Shown one piece after another: positions 31,401 to 55,500 of a stretch of DNA of 61,591 nucleotides. The stretch's first letter is position 1. Every line of letters starts with the position of its first letter. Source of the stretch: an uncultured virus (IMG/VR IMGVR_UViG_3300020187_000013) (lineage: Duplodnaviria > Heunggongvirae > Uroviricota > Caudoviricetes); the IMG/VR virus record IMGVR_UViG_3300020187_000013. The stretch is one strand, 5' to 3'. Under the pieces are notes generated by a model that was given only the letters and a program-made list of their open reading frames with translations, did no database searches and was not told where the DNA came from. Position numbers and translations under genes: made by a program.

Positions 31401-33809
31401 GACCAAGAGAGAGAGCTAGGTGTTTTCATAGATAGTATTCCTCTAAATGGAGGATTCTCTAGTGTTGACCCTACATGGGTAGAAAAATCAGGAGATTTTG
31501 AAGCGACTCAAACTAGTATGACATTAACATTTAACGCAAAACCTCCTGATGATATATCCAATCCAGATGATGCTGGAGTTTTTATTTCCAATATTAATAT
31601 CTATAGTATTATAAATAATTCCAGGCAAATTGGTATAAGTTTAGGCGATACCTTAATAGCACCATATAAAACTATTAGTAATACAGTAGCTGGAGAATGG
31701 GAAGAAAGAATAATATCTTTTAAAGCAAGTGATACTAGTTCTACTATTAAGTTTACATCAAGAGGAATTCTTGGTTTACCCCCATCAATAGGAACTGCTT
31801 ATATATCTAATGTTAAGTTTGAAAAGAATTCTATTACTGATTTCGAATTTCCATCTGATACTATAGAACTTAATAAAGCTCAATTTTATTTAATTAATGA
31901 TCCAATTGAATTTAAGTTTACTTTTTCTGAACAGATATATAGTGGAATAACAACTGTTTTATCTGTTAATGATGGAACTAATGAAGATATAACAGGAACT
32001 ATAGATGAAAATAGAAAAGATATTACTTATTTATATGATAAAATAAAAAAAGATGTAGCACATACTGGTATAATTAAACTAAATTATGGTTCAATATATG
32101 GTTCTTTACATAATAAACCAATAGAACAAACATATTTTATTAATGATTTGTTAACTGTAAATGAAATTTTTACATTCCCTAGTTATCCTACTAATTCTAT
32201 TACGAATTCTAATTTACTAAAAATAAATGATACAGTTAATATAGAATCTACTTTTTCAACAGATATTTCTAATAATATAACTGCTAGTGTGATATTAACT
32301 CAGTGGATAAATGATAGTCCAGTAAATATAGAACCTTCACCAAATGTTGTGATAAATGGTAATAAATGCAATTATAGCTTTACTATACAAAATCTAGTAA
32401 GACATTCGGTAGCATTATCATTAAGATTTATTCCATTAAATAGAATAACAAATTATATTACTAATGATTTGATAAATGCAAGTAATATTATCAATTTTCC
32501 TGATACAGTATTAAACTCTACTAATGCAAATAAATCTGTGGTAATTAATGGTAATTTAACCGCAGTAACCTTCAAATTTTCAGAAGAAATAAATCAAGGA
32601 ATAACAGCAGAGTTAATCGTGATGGATGGAGATCCTATAAGTTCTTATAATATAACCGGATCAGATATTTCATTTGAATTTTTAGTTAATCAACAAGAAA
32701 AACATTCTGGTAAAATTATACTAAAATATGAAATTTTCAGTAAAGAGTATATTGTTGATTCTTTGATAGAAATAGATGAATTTTCCACTGTATATTCTGC
32801 TAATAGAATTTGGCCTCCAGATGATAGAGATGTTCAATTTTCCACTGCTACAGAAACTCCTTTAGACAATGATTATAGTTTATATGAATGCCCTATAAAA
32901 AGGGCAGATGGATTTACTTACATAGCCCGTCTTGTATGGAAAAACACTACAAAATATCCAAGGAGTTATTGGTATTGGAATAATTGTGATCCAAATATTC
33001 ATCACTCTCACCAAATTTTACAAACATTTCTTGCTGGGAATGGAGAAAATTGTCATGGCAGGTCGATGGCCTATACAGGTCGTGCTACTGATAGGAGAGT
33101 AGGTTTAGGAATTACAAGTTCATATGGAACATTTTTCTCGGATAAAGGGTCTAATTGGTCCAGCTACCTGGGAGGAGTTAATACAACGGTCACAGCCGGT
33201 TTCAAAAAACGAGTTAACTTTCCAGGATTTTATGGAGGGGCATCATATATAGGCCAAAATTATCCAAACGTATTAGTAGACCATGATACCTGGACTATTT
33301 TCAATGATATGAAAAATTTATTTGCCCCTGTGGGTGAAAAGGATGCCTCTCTTGCTACCCATGCTTATCCAATTGCGGAGCGGCCTTACTATGGAATGAG
33401 TAATGTTTATTTATTAGATAATACCACTATTGATATAGAGGGATACTGGATAGAAATAGAGTTTCCAGGATTTATAATCCCATCTGCTTTAATATTGAGA
33501 AGAACTGATGTATTATTGCAGAGATTTTCATTCGTAGCATCTGCTGATAAAATAAAATGGTATAGATTAATTTATAAAAGTTGGGTGCATTGGGGTAGCC
33601 CGGGGTATAGCAGCTATAGCGAGAAACTAGAATTTCCTATAGAAGAAAGACCATCTAATATGAACTATTTTAAATATTTTAGGATACTGATAGGTATTAC
33701 AGATCGTAATTATACTATTGGATATAATTTTAACATACGTCAAAGTAGCGGAACAATAGATTTATCTAATGTTCCCGATGTTTATTTCGGAACGCCACCA
33801 TATGCATAA
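25473..33809 (+). CDS. Large non-collagenous multi-domain beta-sandwich protein (2778 aa), putative virion adhesin/structural protein
   Basis: Long ORF. Discoidin (F5/8-C)-like termini (FGIYGK..NW.FL..F; YWIEIEFP...FSFVASAD..KW..L...YFKYFRI). DUF642/CBM-like domains at ~30750-31830. Repeated ~100-aa Ig-like units ending in I(F/Y)xFP, shared with the gene 2 C-terminus. Confidence 0.8.
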   Translation: MNTHGKGDRRNNWLLEQTFYLNNNLMFIDGIVDQYNSNLDKWFKHGQAQFTRPGKSYKFGSVTIITKKDLKFSTGTGTCKFGIYGKNNNNWIFLDSFKVGANPTNSNEYADQTTHEDNRFIRITKYFNNSNFYYSYMLRNIEVDENFIDSTDNSLCDAGHIIEIEWGNFITRDITTYTFIETNTLYEIGSHSDVKYITNANTKLLDTVTELNSLIKLQLQTPENQSIILPPDSTISYKLDNGQLIDIAFDNSTNETTLRVPLHNASTCATLNISTPNLSLDPYNPKWSDYPIKPPFTNYQLELQSENWYAFPRGGTLVSPTKLPIGRSELESREVELHMKFDKAIPSEDIFKIYGEFYKKDKETGNWGDLVEKVDCDTITDHNDTLCLKFTLDDDVDYLGYFIFKLGDYYRYQKWELNNLTDIYTYPEGNQGLPQYLFINQQPEDTLTFFVKLNDEDILGEIESITADEPLIINSHIYHDNILTIKFQSSVTPIDINFTIKIKNQNHLNNIIYDIPYSISAQKQINPSSIMSNANTQSNKLEYWKSSDGSLLAPTFKNKLEFDHLFFEGFTINSDNSSITQDGNALSGTFSKKSGDDNVIIIDNLSITSTNQVTITIAIDKPDDNRSFQVYIPTSDIVELSFNPEITNSATSYLLQYSPNYKLPNTITIKDAVFSNFNLHSITITQNDDISQNDAYSSYPETGFKSELSDDTITINHLLLYNDNTTVTFTIDLREKNDNIKYNDYSFVFDILGTDIEEILFNPQITNPDINTNTYPSPSPKLLYRNESDNPFENTLIIQENNIFIDVNKHVNVDIERTNTKYSLIIQQNNDDYKITIPSIVIPNKDSSVILKIYYDNSEYDITILPEDIEIVSPNHIFSTFKLPPMINDNWTSKTLDSDGNEAPPKKIFESLRLSPNKQEIIWDNNMNLSPTNYPNVNVGFAINHIFSSDSTVIISYDQGDDKEFGLVIGKTIDIDDFVGTTTNFELYSSTYSGWNSIIQYHKDTDNRNENYKYLYAFMGRPSYNGGIDLYDDTASYAVQPPSGYSNQNKANSEGWLGSNGGFGDYRHHMFDIKEKHIKQYVKFERKDGQMRINYSNELSSGYKENDYVTKMGVINPEEEEYLVMMKFNLKRESLPITQWPKIEKIPSLRNVIYDLHPESQRYVNRSLLEADKQNISFNLVGSFKSWSLSKEVSFNIKNFVGDNAKKNKTFFKVYMTVNDNTTEQIVSANFFHKDITNQTDRNLMKQGFNIPDEDLDLQYIVVDSNEQEISDGLLEVLRIKQHYNGNLFPTINGKCTLKRIDIYNSIVIDRTGDYNIKLNQKESYIQPIPGFLITPVYSTYPATTNNGSLEEPDSSTHNIALNEWKPHPTGGSGGFNRATVINYIFRSDYCIITSFKNNDIIAGIIYKRGLSLAPDIYTGFTSAPTGVVPAHVGYTGFKNNYLVRPSNGYFDPHRIYGGILNNNGNHIFIKFERIGNYTAIYTSDKNSELMGPNDPDANWSLVVSNRKTLGIESCIQIGIKNTPLSSVDPTNLKIIYASFVPFNPIISNSDEVAISYTGNNKAKLLYGNNFSNSLKIEDKNLFTENNKQVTVTVEGDGLTNVLHTVNVSNGVITVPTLILKDNSMVRLNIEYNGTNFAINIPEDEIAPLYVPYLNNVDASENTTKLLVGSDYENTITIQEVNYFVEDTDVTIGLSGSGIGDTVTPRTLTIDNDNKIIIDKIILTSKSDITINIQYNNTNYNLIIAAEDIKDLNNGEGGLVVSNTNFSGGIPTDDGVQLETVQSEMFGWTNYENVWKIKSGSQSWIGSGTPSPPLVDVQNDYLIGLHNNDTSGNECSISTTYYNTIPGDSYVLSWWQQNNVIVTLSLIASDDFSSGPSPSDYIAVTGTDLVGWNIPELTPSNKIRIIKSGRTSGSFENVRSPIIDGVESEYFIVLHSSLPPDSGGERKMSSDISGLVVGSRYRISWYERLRAGTGYADQERELGVFIDSIPLNGGFSSVDPTWVEKSGDFEATQTSMTLTFNAKPPDDISNPDDAGVFISNINIYSIINNSRQIGISLGDTLIAPYKTISNTVAGEWEERIISFKASDTSSTIKFTSRGILGLPPSIGTAYISNVKFEKNSITDFEFPSDTIELNKAQFYLINDPIEFKFTFSEQIYSGITTVLSVNDGTNEDITGTIDENRKDITYLYDKIKKDVAHTGIIKLNYGSIYGSLHNKPIEQTYFINDLLTVNEIFTFPSYPTNSITNSNLLKINDTVNIESTFSTDISNNITASVILTQWINDSPVNIEPSPNVVINGNKCNYSFTIQNLVRHSVALSLRFIPLNRITNYITNDLINASNIINFPDTVLNSTNANKSVVINGNLTAVTFKFSEEINQGITAELIVMDGDPISSYNITGSDISFEFLVNQQEKHSGKIILKYEIFSKEYIVDSLIEIDEFSTVYSANRIWPPDDRDVQFSTATETPLDNDYSLYECPIKRADGFTYIARLVWKNTTKYPRSYWYWNNCDPNIHHSHQILQTFLAGNGENCHGRSMAYTGRATDRRVGLGITSSYGTFFSDKGSNWSSYLGGVNTTVTAGFKKRVNFPGFYGGASYIGQNYPNVLVDHDTWTIFNDMKNLFAPVGEKDASLATHAYPIAERPYYGMSNVYLLDNTTIDIEGYWIEIEFPGFIIPSALILRRTDVLLQRFSFVASADKIKWYRLIYKSWVHWGSPGYSSYSEKLEFPIEERPSNMNYFKYFRILIGITDRNYTIGYNFNIRQSSGTIDLSNVPDVYFGTPPYA

Positions 33810-33831
33810 ATTATTTTAGTATAAACTTTAT

Positions 33832-33875
33832 TAATTCTAGTATTAAATAAATAAATTTATTTAATACTAGAATTA
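33832..33875. terminator. Perfect 21-bp-stem hairpin starting 23 nt after the gene 4 stop (mimivirus-type 3'-end hairpin)
   Basis: TAATTCTAGTATTAAATAAAT-aa-ATTTATTTAATACTAGAATTA. Confidence 0.75.
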
Positions 33876-33984
33876 CCTTTATTTATTTATTTTTGTATTG
33901 AATTTAGATATTAATATATTTAATATTAAAATTAGTAGTTATTGTAACTTTCAAATATTTTTTTTCAATTCATATTACATATAT

Positions 33985-46575
<12,591 letters not shown>

Positions 46576-46598
46576 AATATTTAGATGGTGTTACCGGA

Positions 46599-49500
46599 TT
46601 GATACAAGATCAAATTGATACCAAACAGGTGATTGTTACTGGAGCTGCTACTACTATTACTGGTACTGACCTAAATTCAAATATGGCTATGATATCCGAT
46701 ATTAGTGGAAAAGTTGCTGTTTCTAGTAAAGTTACCACAACTGAATTAGAATATTTAGATGGAGTTACTGGACTCCTACAAGATCAAATCAATACCAAGC
46801 AGGTCATTGTTACTGGAGCCGCTACTACAATTACTGGTCTAGACCTACAAGCAAATATGGCTATGATTTCGGATATCAGCGGTAAAGTCGCTGTTTCCAG
46901 TAAAGTCACAACAACAGAATTAGAATATTTAGATGGAGTCACTGGATTGGTACAAGAACAAATTGATACCAAACAGGTTATTGTTACCGGAGCCGCTACT
47001 ACTATTACTGGTACTAATCTAGATACAAATATGGCCATGGTATCTGATAACACTGGTAAAGTCGCTGTTTCAAGTAAAGTTACCACAACTGAATTAGAAT
47101 ATTTAGATGGTGTTACCGGATTGATACAAGATCAAATCGACACTAAACAAGTGATTGTTACTGGAGCTGCTACTACTATTACTGGTACTAATCTAGATAT
47201 AAATATGGCTATGATTTCGGATAATACTGGTAAAGTCGCTGTTTCCAGTAAAGTCACAACAACAGAATTAGAATATTTAGATGGAGTCACTGGATTGGTA
47301 CAAGAACAAATTGATACTAAACAAGTGATTGTTACTGGAGCTGCCACTACAATTACTGGTCTAAACCTAGATGCAGATATGGCCATGATTTCTGATAATA
47401 GTGGTAAAGTGGCTGTTTCCAGTAAAGTAACCACAACCGAATTAGAATATTTAGACGGAGTTACCGGATTGGTGCAGGATCAAATCAATACCAAGCAGGT
47501 TATTGTCACTGGAGCTGCTACCACAATTACTGGTCTAGATTTAGATACAAATATGGCTATGATTTCGGATAACACTGGTAAAGTGGCCGTTTCTACTAAG
47601 GTTACTACTACCGAATTAGAATATCTAGATGGAGTTACTGGACTCCTACAAGATCAAATCAATACCAAACAGGTCATTGTTACTGGAGCTGCCACTACAA
47701 TTACTGGTCTAAATTTAGATACAAATATGGCTATGATTTCGGACATCAGCGGTAAAGTAGCTGTTTCTAGTAAAGTTACTACTACTGAGTTAGAATATTT
47801 AGATGGGGTTACTGGATTGGTACAAGATCAAATTGATACTAAACAAGTCATTGTTACTGGAGCCGCTACTACAATCACAGGTCTAAATTTGGATGCAAAT
47901 ATGGCCATGATTTCGGATATCAGCGGTAAAGTTGCTGTTTCCAGTAAAGTTACTACTGTTGAGTTAGAATATTTAGATGGCGTTACTGGACTCATACAAG
48001 ATCAAATCAATACCAAACAGGTTATTGTTACTGGTGCCGCTACTACCATTACTGGTACTAATCTAGATATAAATATGGCTATGATTTCGGATAATAATGG
48101 TAAAGTCGCTGTTTCCAACAAAGTAACCACAACCGAATTAGAATATTTAGATGGTGTTACTGGACTCATACAAGATCAAATCAATACCAAACAGGTCATT
48201 GTTACTGGAGCTGCTACTACAATTACAGGTCTAGATTTAGATGTAAATATGGCCATGGTATCTGATAACACTGGTAAAGTGGCTGTTTCAAGTAAAGTTA
48301 CTACTACCGAATTAGAATATTTAGATGGAGTTACTGGATTAGTACAAGATCAAATCAATACCAAACAGGTTATTGTTACTGGTGCCGCTACTACCATTAC
48401 TGGTACTAATCTAGATATAAATATGGCTATGATTTCTGATAACAGTGGAAAAGTGGGTGTTTCTAGTAAGGTTACTACTACCGAATTAGAATATTTAGAT
48501 GGAGTTACAGGGTTGATACAAGATCAAATCAATACCAAACAGGTCATTGTTACTGGAGCCGCTACTACGATTACTGGTCAAAACCTAGATACAAATATGG
48601 CTATGATTTCGGATAACACTGGTAAAGTCGCTGTTTCCACTAAGGTTACTACCACAGAGTTAGAATATTTAGATGGTGTTACTGGACTCGTTCAAGATCA
48701 AATCAATACTAAGCAAGTCATTGTTACTGGTGCAGCTACTACAATTACAGGTGAAGATTTAGATACGAATATGGCTATGATTTCTGATAATGATGGTAAA
48801 GTCGCTGTTTCCAATAAAGTTACTACAGTTGAATTAGAATATCTAGATGGAGTTACTGGACTTATACAAGATCAAATCGATACTAAGCAAGTGATTGTTA
48901 CTGGAGCTGCTACTACAATTACAGGTATTGATTTAGATGCAAATATGGCTATGATTTCGGATAATACTGGTAAAGTGGCCGTTTCCAATAAAGTTACTAC
49001 TACCGAATTAGAGTATTTAGATGGTGTTACTGGATTAGTACAAGATCAAATCAACACCAAACAGGTAATTGTTACCGGAGCCGCTACTACAATCACAGGT
49101 CAAGATTTAGTTTCTAATATGGCTATGGTATCTGATACAGATGGTAAAGTGGCTGTTTCCACTAAAGTTACTACCACAGAGTTAGAATATTTAGATGGTG
49201 TTACTGGACTCCTACAAGATCAAATCAATACTAAGCAAGTTATTGTTACTGGAGCCGCTACTACGATTACTGGCATTGATTTAGATGCAAATATGGCGAT
49301 GATTTCTAACAACAGTGGTAAGGTGGCCGTTTCCAGTAAAGTTAGCACAACAGAATTAGAATATTTAGATGGAGTTACTGGTCTCCTACAAGATCAAATC
49401 AATACCAAACAGGTTATTATTACTGGAGCTGCTACTACAATAACAGGAAATGACCTTCTTCATAACATGGCTATGATTACAGATGATTATGGAAAAGTAG

Positions 49501-52500
49501 GAGTTTCCGATAAGGTTACTACGATAGAATTAGAATATTTAGATGGAGTTACTGGACTGGTACAATCGCAAATCAATACTAAACAGGTCATTATTACTGG
49601 AGCTGCTACTACTATTACAGGCATTGATTTAGATGCGAATATGGCTATGATTTCTGATAATGATGGAAAAGTGACTGTTTCAAGTAAAGTTACTACTACA
49701 GAATTAGAATATTTAGATGGTGTTACTGGATTAGTACAATCGCAAATTGACACCAAGCAAGTAATTGTCACTGGAGCCGCTACTACTATTACTGGTATTA
49801 ATTTAGACACAAATATGGCTATGATTTCTGATACAGATGGTAAAGTTGCCGTTTCCAGTAAGGTTACGACGACTGAGTTGGAATATTTAGACGGAGTCAC
49901 TGGTCTCATTCAAGACCAAATCAACACTAAGCAGGTTATTGTCACTGGAGCCGCTACTACAATTTCAGGTACAGATTTAAACGCAAATATGGCCATGGTA
50001 TCAGACGTTGATGGTAAAGTTGCCGTATCCGACAAGGTCACAACAACAGAATTAGAATATTTAGACGGAGTTACTGGATTGGTACAGGATCAAATCAATA
50101 CAAAACAAGTAATTGTTACTGGAGCTGTTACGACTATTACTGGTATTAATTTAGACGCAAATATGGCTTTAATTTCTGATACAGATGGTAAAGTGGCTGT
50201 TTCCAGTAAAGTTACTACTATTGAGTTGGAATATTTAGAAGGAGTTACTGGACTCGTACAGGATCAAATCAACACTAAGCAGGTTATTGTCACTGGAGCT
50301 GCTACTACAATTACAGGTGAAGATTTAAATGCAAATATGGCTATGATTTCTGACAACAGTGGTAAGGTCGCTGTTTCCAATAAAGTTACTACGGTTGAAT
50401 TAGAATATTTAGATGGAGTTACTGGATTGGTACAGGATCAAATCAATACTAAGCAGGTGATTGTTACTGGAGCTGCTACCACAATTACTGGTACTAATCT
50501 AGATACAAATATGGCTATGATTTCTGATAATACTGGTAAAGTAGCTGTTTCTAGTAAAGTAACAACTACAGAATTAGAATATTTAGATGGAGTTACTGGA
50601 CTTGTACAAGATCAAATCGATACTAAGCAAGTGATTGTTACCGGAGCTGCTACTACGATTACAGGCATTGATCTCGATGCGAATATGGCTATGATATCTG
50701 ATAATGATGGAAAAGTGGCTGTTTCAAGTAAAGTTAGCACAACAGAATTAGAATATTTAGATGGTGTTACTGGATTAGTACAAGATCAAATTGACACCAA
50801 GCAAGTGATTGTTACTGGAGCCGCTACTACGATTACTGGTACTAATCTAGATACAAATATGGCTATGATTTCTGATAATGATGGTAAAGTTGCTGTTTCC
50901 AGTAAAGTTACTACTATAGAATTAGAATATTTAGATGGTGTTACTGGATTAGTACAAGATCAAATAGACACTAAACAGGTCATTGTTACTGGAGCCGCTA
51001 CTACGATTACTGGCATTGATTTAGATGCAAATAAGGCTATGATATCTGATATTAGTGGAAAAGTCTCTGTTTCCAGTAAGGTTACTACTATTGAGTTAGA
51101 ATATCTAGATGGAGTTACTGGATTGATACAAGATCAAATCAATACTAAACAAGTAATTGTTACCGGAGCCGCTACGACTATTACTGGTATAGATTTAAAT
51201 ACAAATATGGCTATGATTTCTGATAATGATGGTAAAGTGGCTGTTTCTAGTAAGGTCACCACTACTGAGCTAGAATATTTAGATGGAGTTACTGGACTCG
51301 TACAAGATCAAATCGATACTAAGCAAGTCATTGTTACTGGAGCCGCTACTACTATTACTGGTACTAATCTAGATACAAATATGGCTATGATTTCTGATAA
51401 CACTGGTAAAGTGGCTGTTTCGAATAAGGTTACAACAACTGAATTAGAATATTTAGATGGTGTTACTGGACTCGTACAGTCTCAAATCGATACCAAACAA
51501 GTCATTGTTACCGGAGCTGCTACTACAATAACTGGTACTAATCTAGATACAAATATGGCTATGATTTCGGATAATGATGGTAAAGTTGCTGTTTCCAGTA
51601 AAGTTACTACTATAGAATTAGAGTATTTAGATGGAGTTACTGGATTGGTACAAGATCAAATCGACACTAAACAGGTCATTGTTACTGGAGCCGCTACTAC
51701 AATCACAGGTGCTCATCTAAATTCAAATATGGCTATGATTTCGAATGATGATGGTAAAGTTGCCGTTTCCAGTAAGGTTACGACGACTGAATTAGAATAT
51801 TTAGATGGAGTTACTGGACTCTTACAAGAACAAATAGACACTAAGCAGGTAATTGTTACCGGAGCCGCTACTAGTATTACTGGTATAGATTTAAATGCAA
51901 ATATGGCCATGATTTCTGATACAGATGGAAAAGTTGCCGTTTCCAGTAAGGTTACTACTACAGAATTAGAATATTTAGATGGAGTCACTGGACTCGTCCA
52001 AGATCAAATCGATACCAAACAGGTTATTGTTACTGGAGCCGCTACTACAGTCACAGGTACAGATTTGGATGCAAATATGGCTATGATATCTGATAATGAT
52101 GGAAAAGTTGCTGTTTCCAGTAAAGTTACTACTGTTGAGTTAGAATATTTAGATGGAGTTACCGGACTCGTCCAAGATCAAATCGATACTAAACAGGTGA
52201 TTGTTACCGGGGCTGCTACTACAATCACAGGTATTAATCTAAATACAAATATGGCTATGATTTCTGATAACACTGGTAAAGTTGCTGTTTCCAGTAAAGT
52301 AACAACAACTGAATTAGAATATTTAGAGGGAGTTACTGGATTGGTACAATCGCAAATCAATACTAAACAAGTTATTGTTACTGGAGCCGCTACTACAATC
52401 ACAGGCACAGATTTAAACACAAATATGGCTATGATTTCGGATAATGATGGGAAAGTCTCTGTTTCCAGTAAGGTTACAACAACTGAATTAGAATATTTAG

Positions 52501-55500
52501 ATGGTGTTACTGGATTGATACAAGATCAAATTGATACTAAACAAGTAATTGTTACCGGAGCCGCTACGACTATTACTGGTATAGATTTAAATGCAAATAT
52601 GGCTATGATTTCTGATAATGATGGGAAAGTAGCTGTTTCCAGTAAAGTTACTACTACAGAGCTAGAATATTTAGATGGAGTTACTGGATTGGTGCAAGAC
52701 CAAATTGACACCAAGCAGGTTATTGTTACTGGAGCTGTTACTACTATTACTGGTACCAATTTAGATACAAATATGGCTATGATTTCTGATAACACTGGTA
52801 AAGTTACTGTTTCAAGTAAAGTTACAACAACTGAATTAGAATATTTAGATGGTGTTACCGGATTGATACAAGATCAAATCGACACTAAACAGGTTATTGT
52901 TACTGGAGCTGCTACTACTATTACTGGTACTAATCTAGATACAAATATGGCTATGATTTCGGATAATACTGGTAAAGTCGCTGTTTCCAATAAAGTAACA
53001 ACAACTGAATTAGAATATCTAGATGGAGTTACTGGCTTGATACAAGATCAAATTGATACCAAACAGGTTATTGTTACTGGAGCCGCTACTACAATCACAG
53101 GTACTAATTTAGATACAAATATGGCTATAATTTCTGATAATGATGGGAAAGTAGCTGTTTCCAGTAAAGTTACTACGACAGAATTAGAATATTTAGATGG
53201 TGTTACTGGATTGATACAAGATCAAATCAATACTAAACAGGTTATTGTTACTGGCGCTGCTACTACAATTACTGGTATAGATTTAAATGCAAATATGGCT
53301 ATGGTATCCGATATTAGTGGAAAAGTTGCCGTTTCTAGTAAAGTTACAACAACTGAATTAGAATATTTAGATGGAGTTACTGGACTCGTACAATCACAAA
53401 TCAATACCAAGCAGGTCATTGTTACTGGAGCCGCTACTACAATCACAGGTACTAATTTAGATGCAAATATGGCTATGATTTCTGATAATTATGGGAAAGT
53501 AGCTGTTTCCAGTAAAGTTACTACAACTGAGTTAGAATATTTAGACGGAGTTACCGGAGTCGTACAAGATCAAATCAATACAAAATTATCAATTTTAATA
53601 GCAGAATCTACGTATGATACAATAACAGGTGTAAATGCCAAAATTAGTGGTGTAATTGGCAATGCTCCAGAAGCATTGGATACATTAAAAGAATTAGCAG
53701 ATGCTCTGAAAAATGACCATGATTATGCTACTACAATTACAAATCACTTAGCAACTAAACAAGTAGTTATTACAGGTGCTGCTACAACTATAACGGGTAC
53801 AAATTTAGATACTAATATGGCTATGATTTCGGATAACACTGGTAAAGTTGCTGTGTCTAATAAAGTCACTACTACTGAATTAGAATATTTAGATGGAGTT
53901 ACTGGAGTTGTACAGTCTCAAATTAATACCAAACAGATCATTGTTACTGGAGCTGCTACTACCATTACTGGTATAGATTTAAATTCAAATATGGCTATGG
54001 TATCAGACGTTGACGGTAAAGTTGCTGTTTCCAGTAAAGTTACCACCACAGAATTAGAATATTTAGATGGTGTTACTGGATTGGTACAAGACCAAATAGA
54101 TACCAAACAGGTCATTGTTACTGGAGCTGCTGCTACAATAACAGGTACTAATTTAGATGCGAATATGGCTATGATTTCTAATGTTAATGGTAAAGTAGCT
54201 GTATCTAATAAAGTTACAACTACAGAATTAGAATATTTAGATGGAGTTACTGGACTTGTACAGTCTCAAATTAATACCAAACAGATCATTGTTACTGGAG
54301 CTGCCACTACAATTACAGGTACAGATTTGGATGCAAATATGGCTATGATATCTGATAATGATGGTAAAGTGGCCGTTTCTAGTAAGGTTACTACTACCGA
54401 ATTAGAATATCTAGATGGAGTTACTGGGTTGATACAAGATCAAATCAATACTAAACAGGTCATTGTTACTGGAGCCGCTACTACAATCACAGGTACAAAT
54501 TTAAATTCAAATATGGCTATGATTTCTGACATCAGCGGTAAAGTCACTGTTTCCAGTAAAGTTACTACTACTGAGTTAGAATATTTAGATGGGGTTACAG
54601 GATTGGTACAGGATCAAATCAATACTAAACAAGTCATTGTCACTGGAGCCGCTACTACAATCACAGGCACAGATTTAAACACAAATATGGCTATGATTTC
54701 GGATAATGATGGTAAAGTCTCTGTTTCCACTAAGGTTACTACTATTGAGTTAGAATATTTAGATGGAGTTACTGGATTGGTGCAAGATCAAATCGATACT
54801 AAACAGGTGATTATTACAGGAGCTGCTACTACTATTACAGGTACTAATTTAGATGCAAATATGGCTTTAATTTCGGATGTTGACGGTAAAGTTGCTGTTT
54901 CTAATAAAGTCACTACCACAGAATTAGAATATTTAGATGGAGTTACTGGTTTAATACAATCCCAAATCAATACTAAACAGGTTATTGTTACTGGAGCTGC
55001 TACTACAATCACAGGTACTAATTTAGATACAAATATGGCTATGATATCTGATAACACTGGTAAAGTCGCTGTTTCCAACAAAGTTACCACTACTGAACTA
55101 GAATATTTAGATGGCGTTACCGGATTAGTACAAGATCAAATCAACACCAAACAAGTTATTGTTACTGGAGCCGCTACTACAATTACTGGCTTAGACTTGG
55201 TTTCTGGTATGGCTATGGTATCAGACGTTGATGGAAAAGTGGCTGTTTCCAATAAAGTTACCACTACAGAATTAGAATATTTGGATGGAATTACCGGATT
55301 AATACAAGATCAAATCAACACCAAACAAGTGATTGTTACTGGAGCTGCTACTACAATCACAGGTACTAATTTAGATATAAATATGGCTATGATTTCGGAT
55401 AATAATGGTAAAATTGCCGTTTCCAATAAAGTTACGACTACTGAGTTAGAATATTTAGATGGAGTTACTGGTCTAGTACAAGACCAAATCGATACCAAAC

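Noticed and set aside
33898..33984. TTG start and N-terminal extension [11 protein letters not shown]... of gene 5
   Set aside because: Low-complexity AT spacer. ATG 33985 matches the paralogues' starts and upstream motif.
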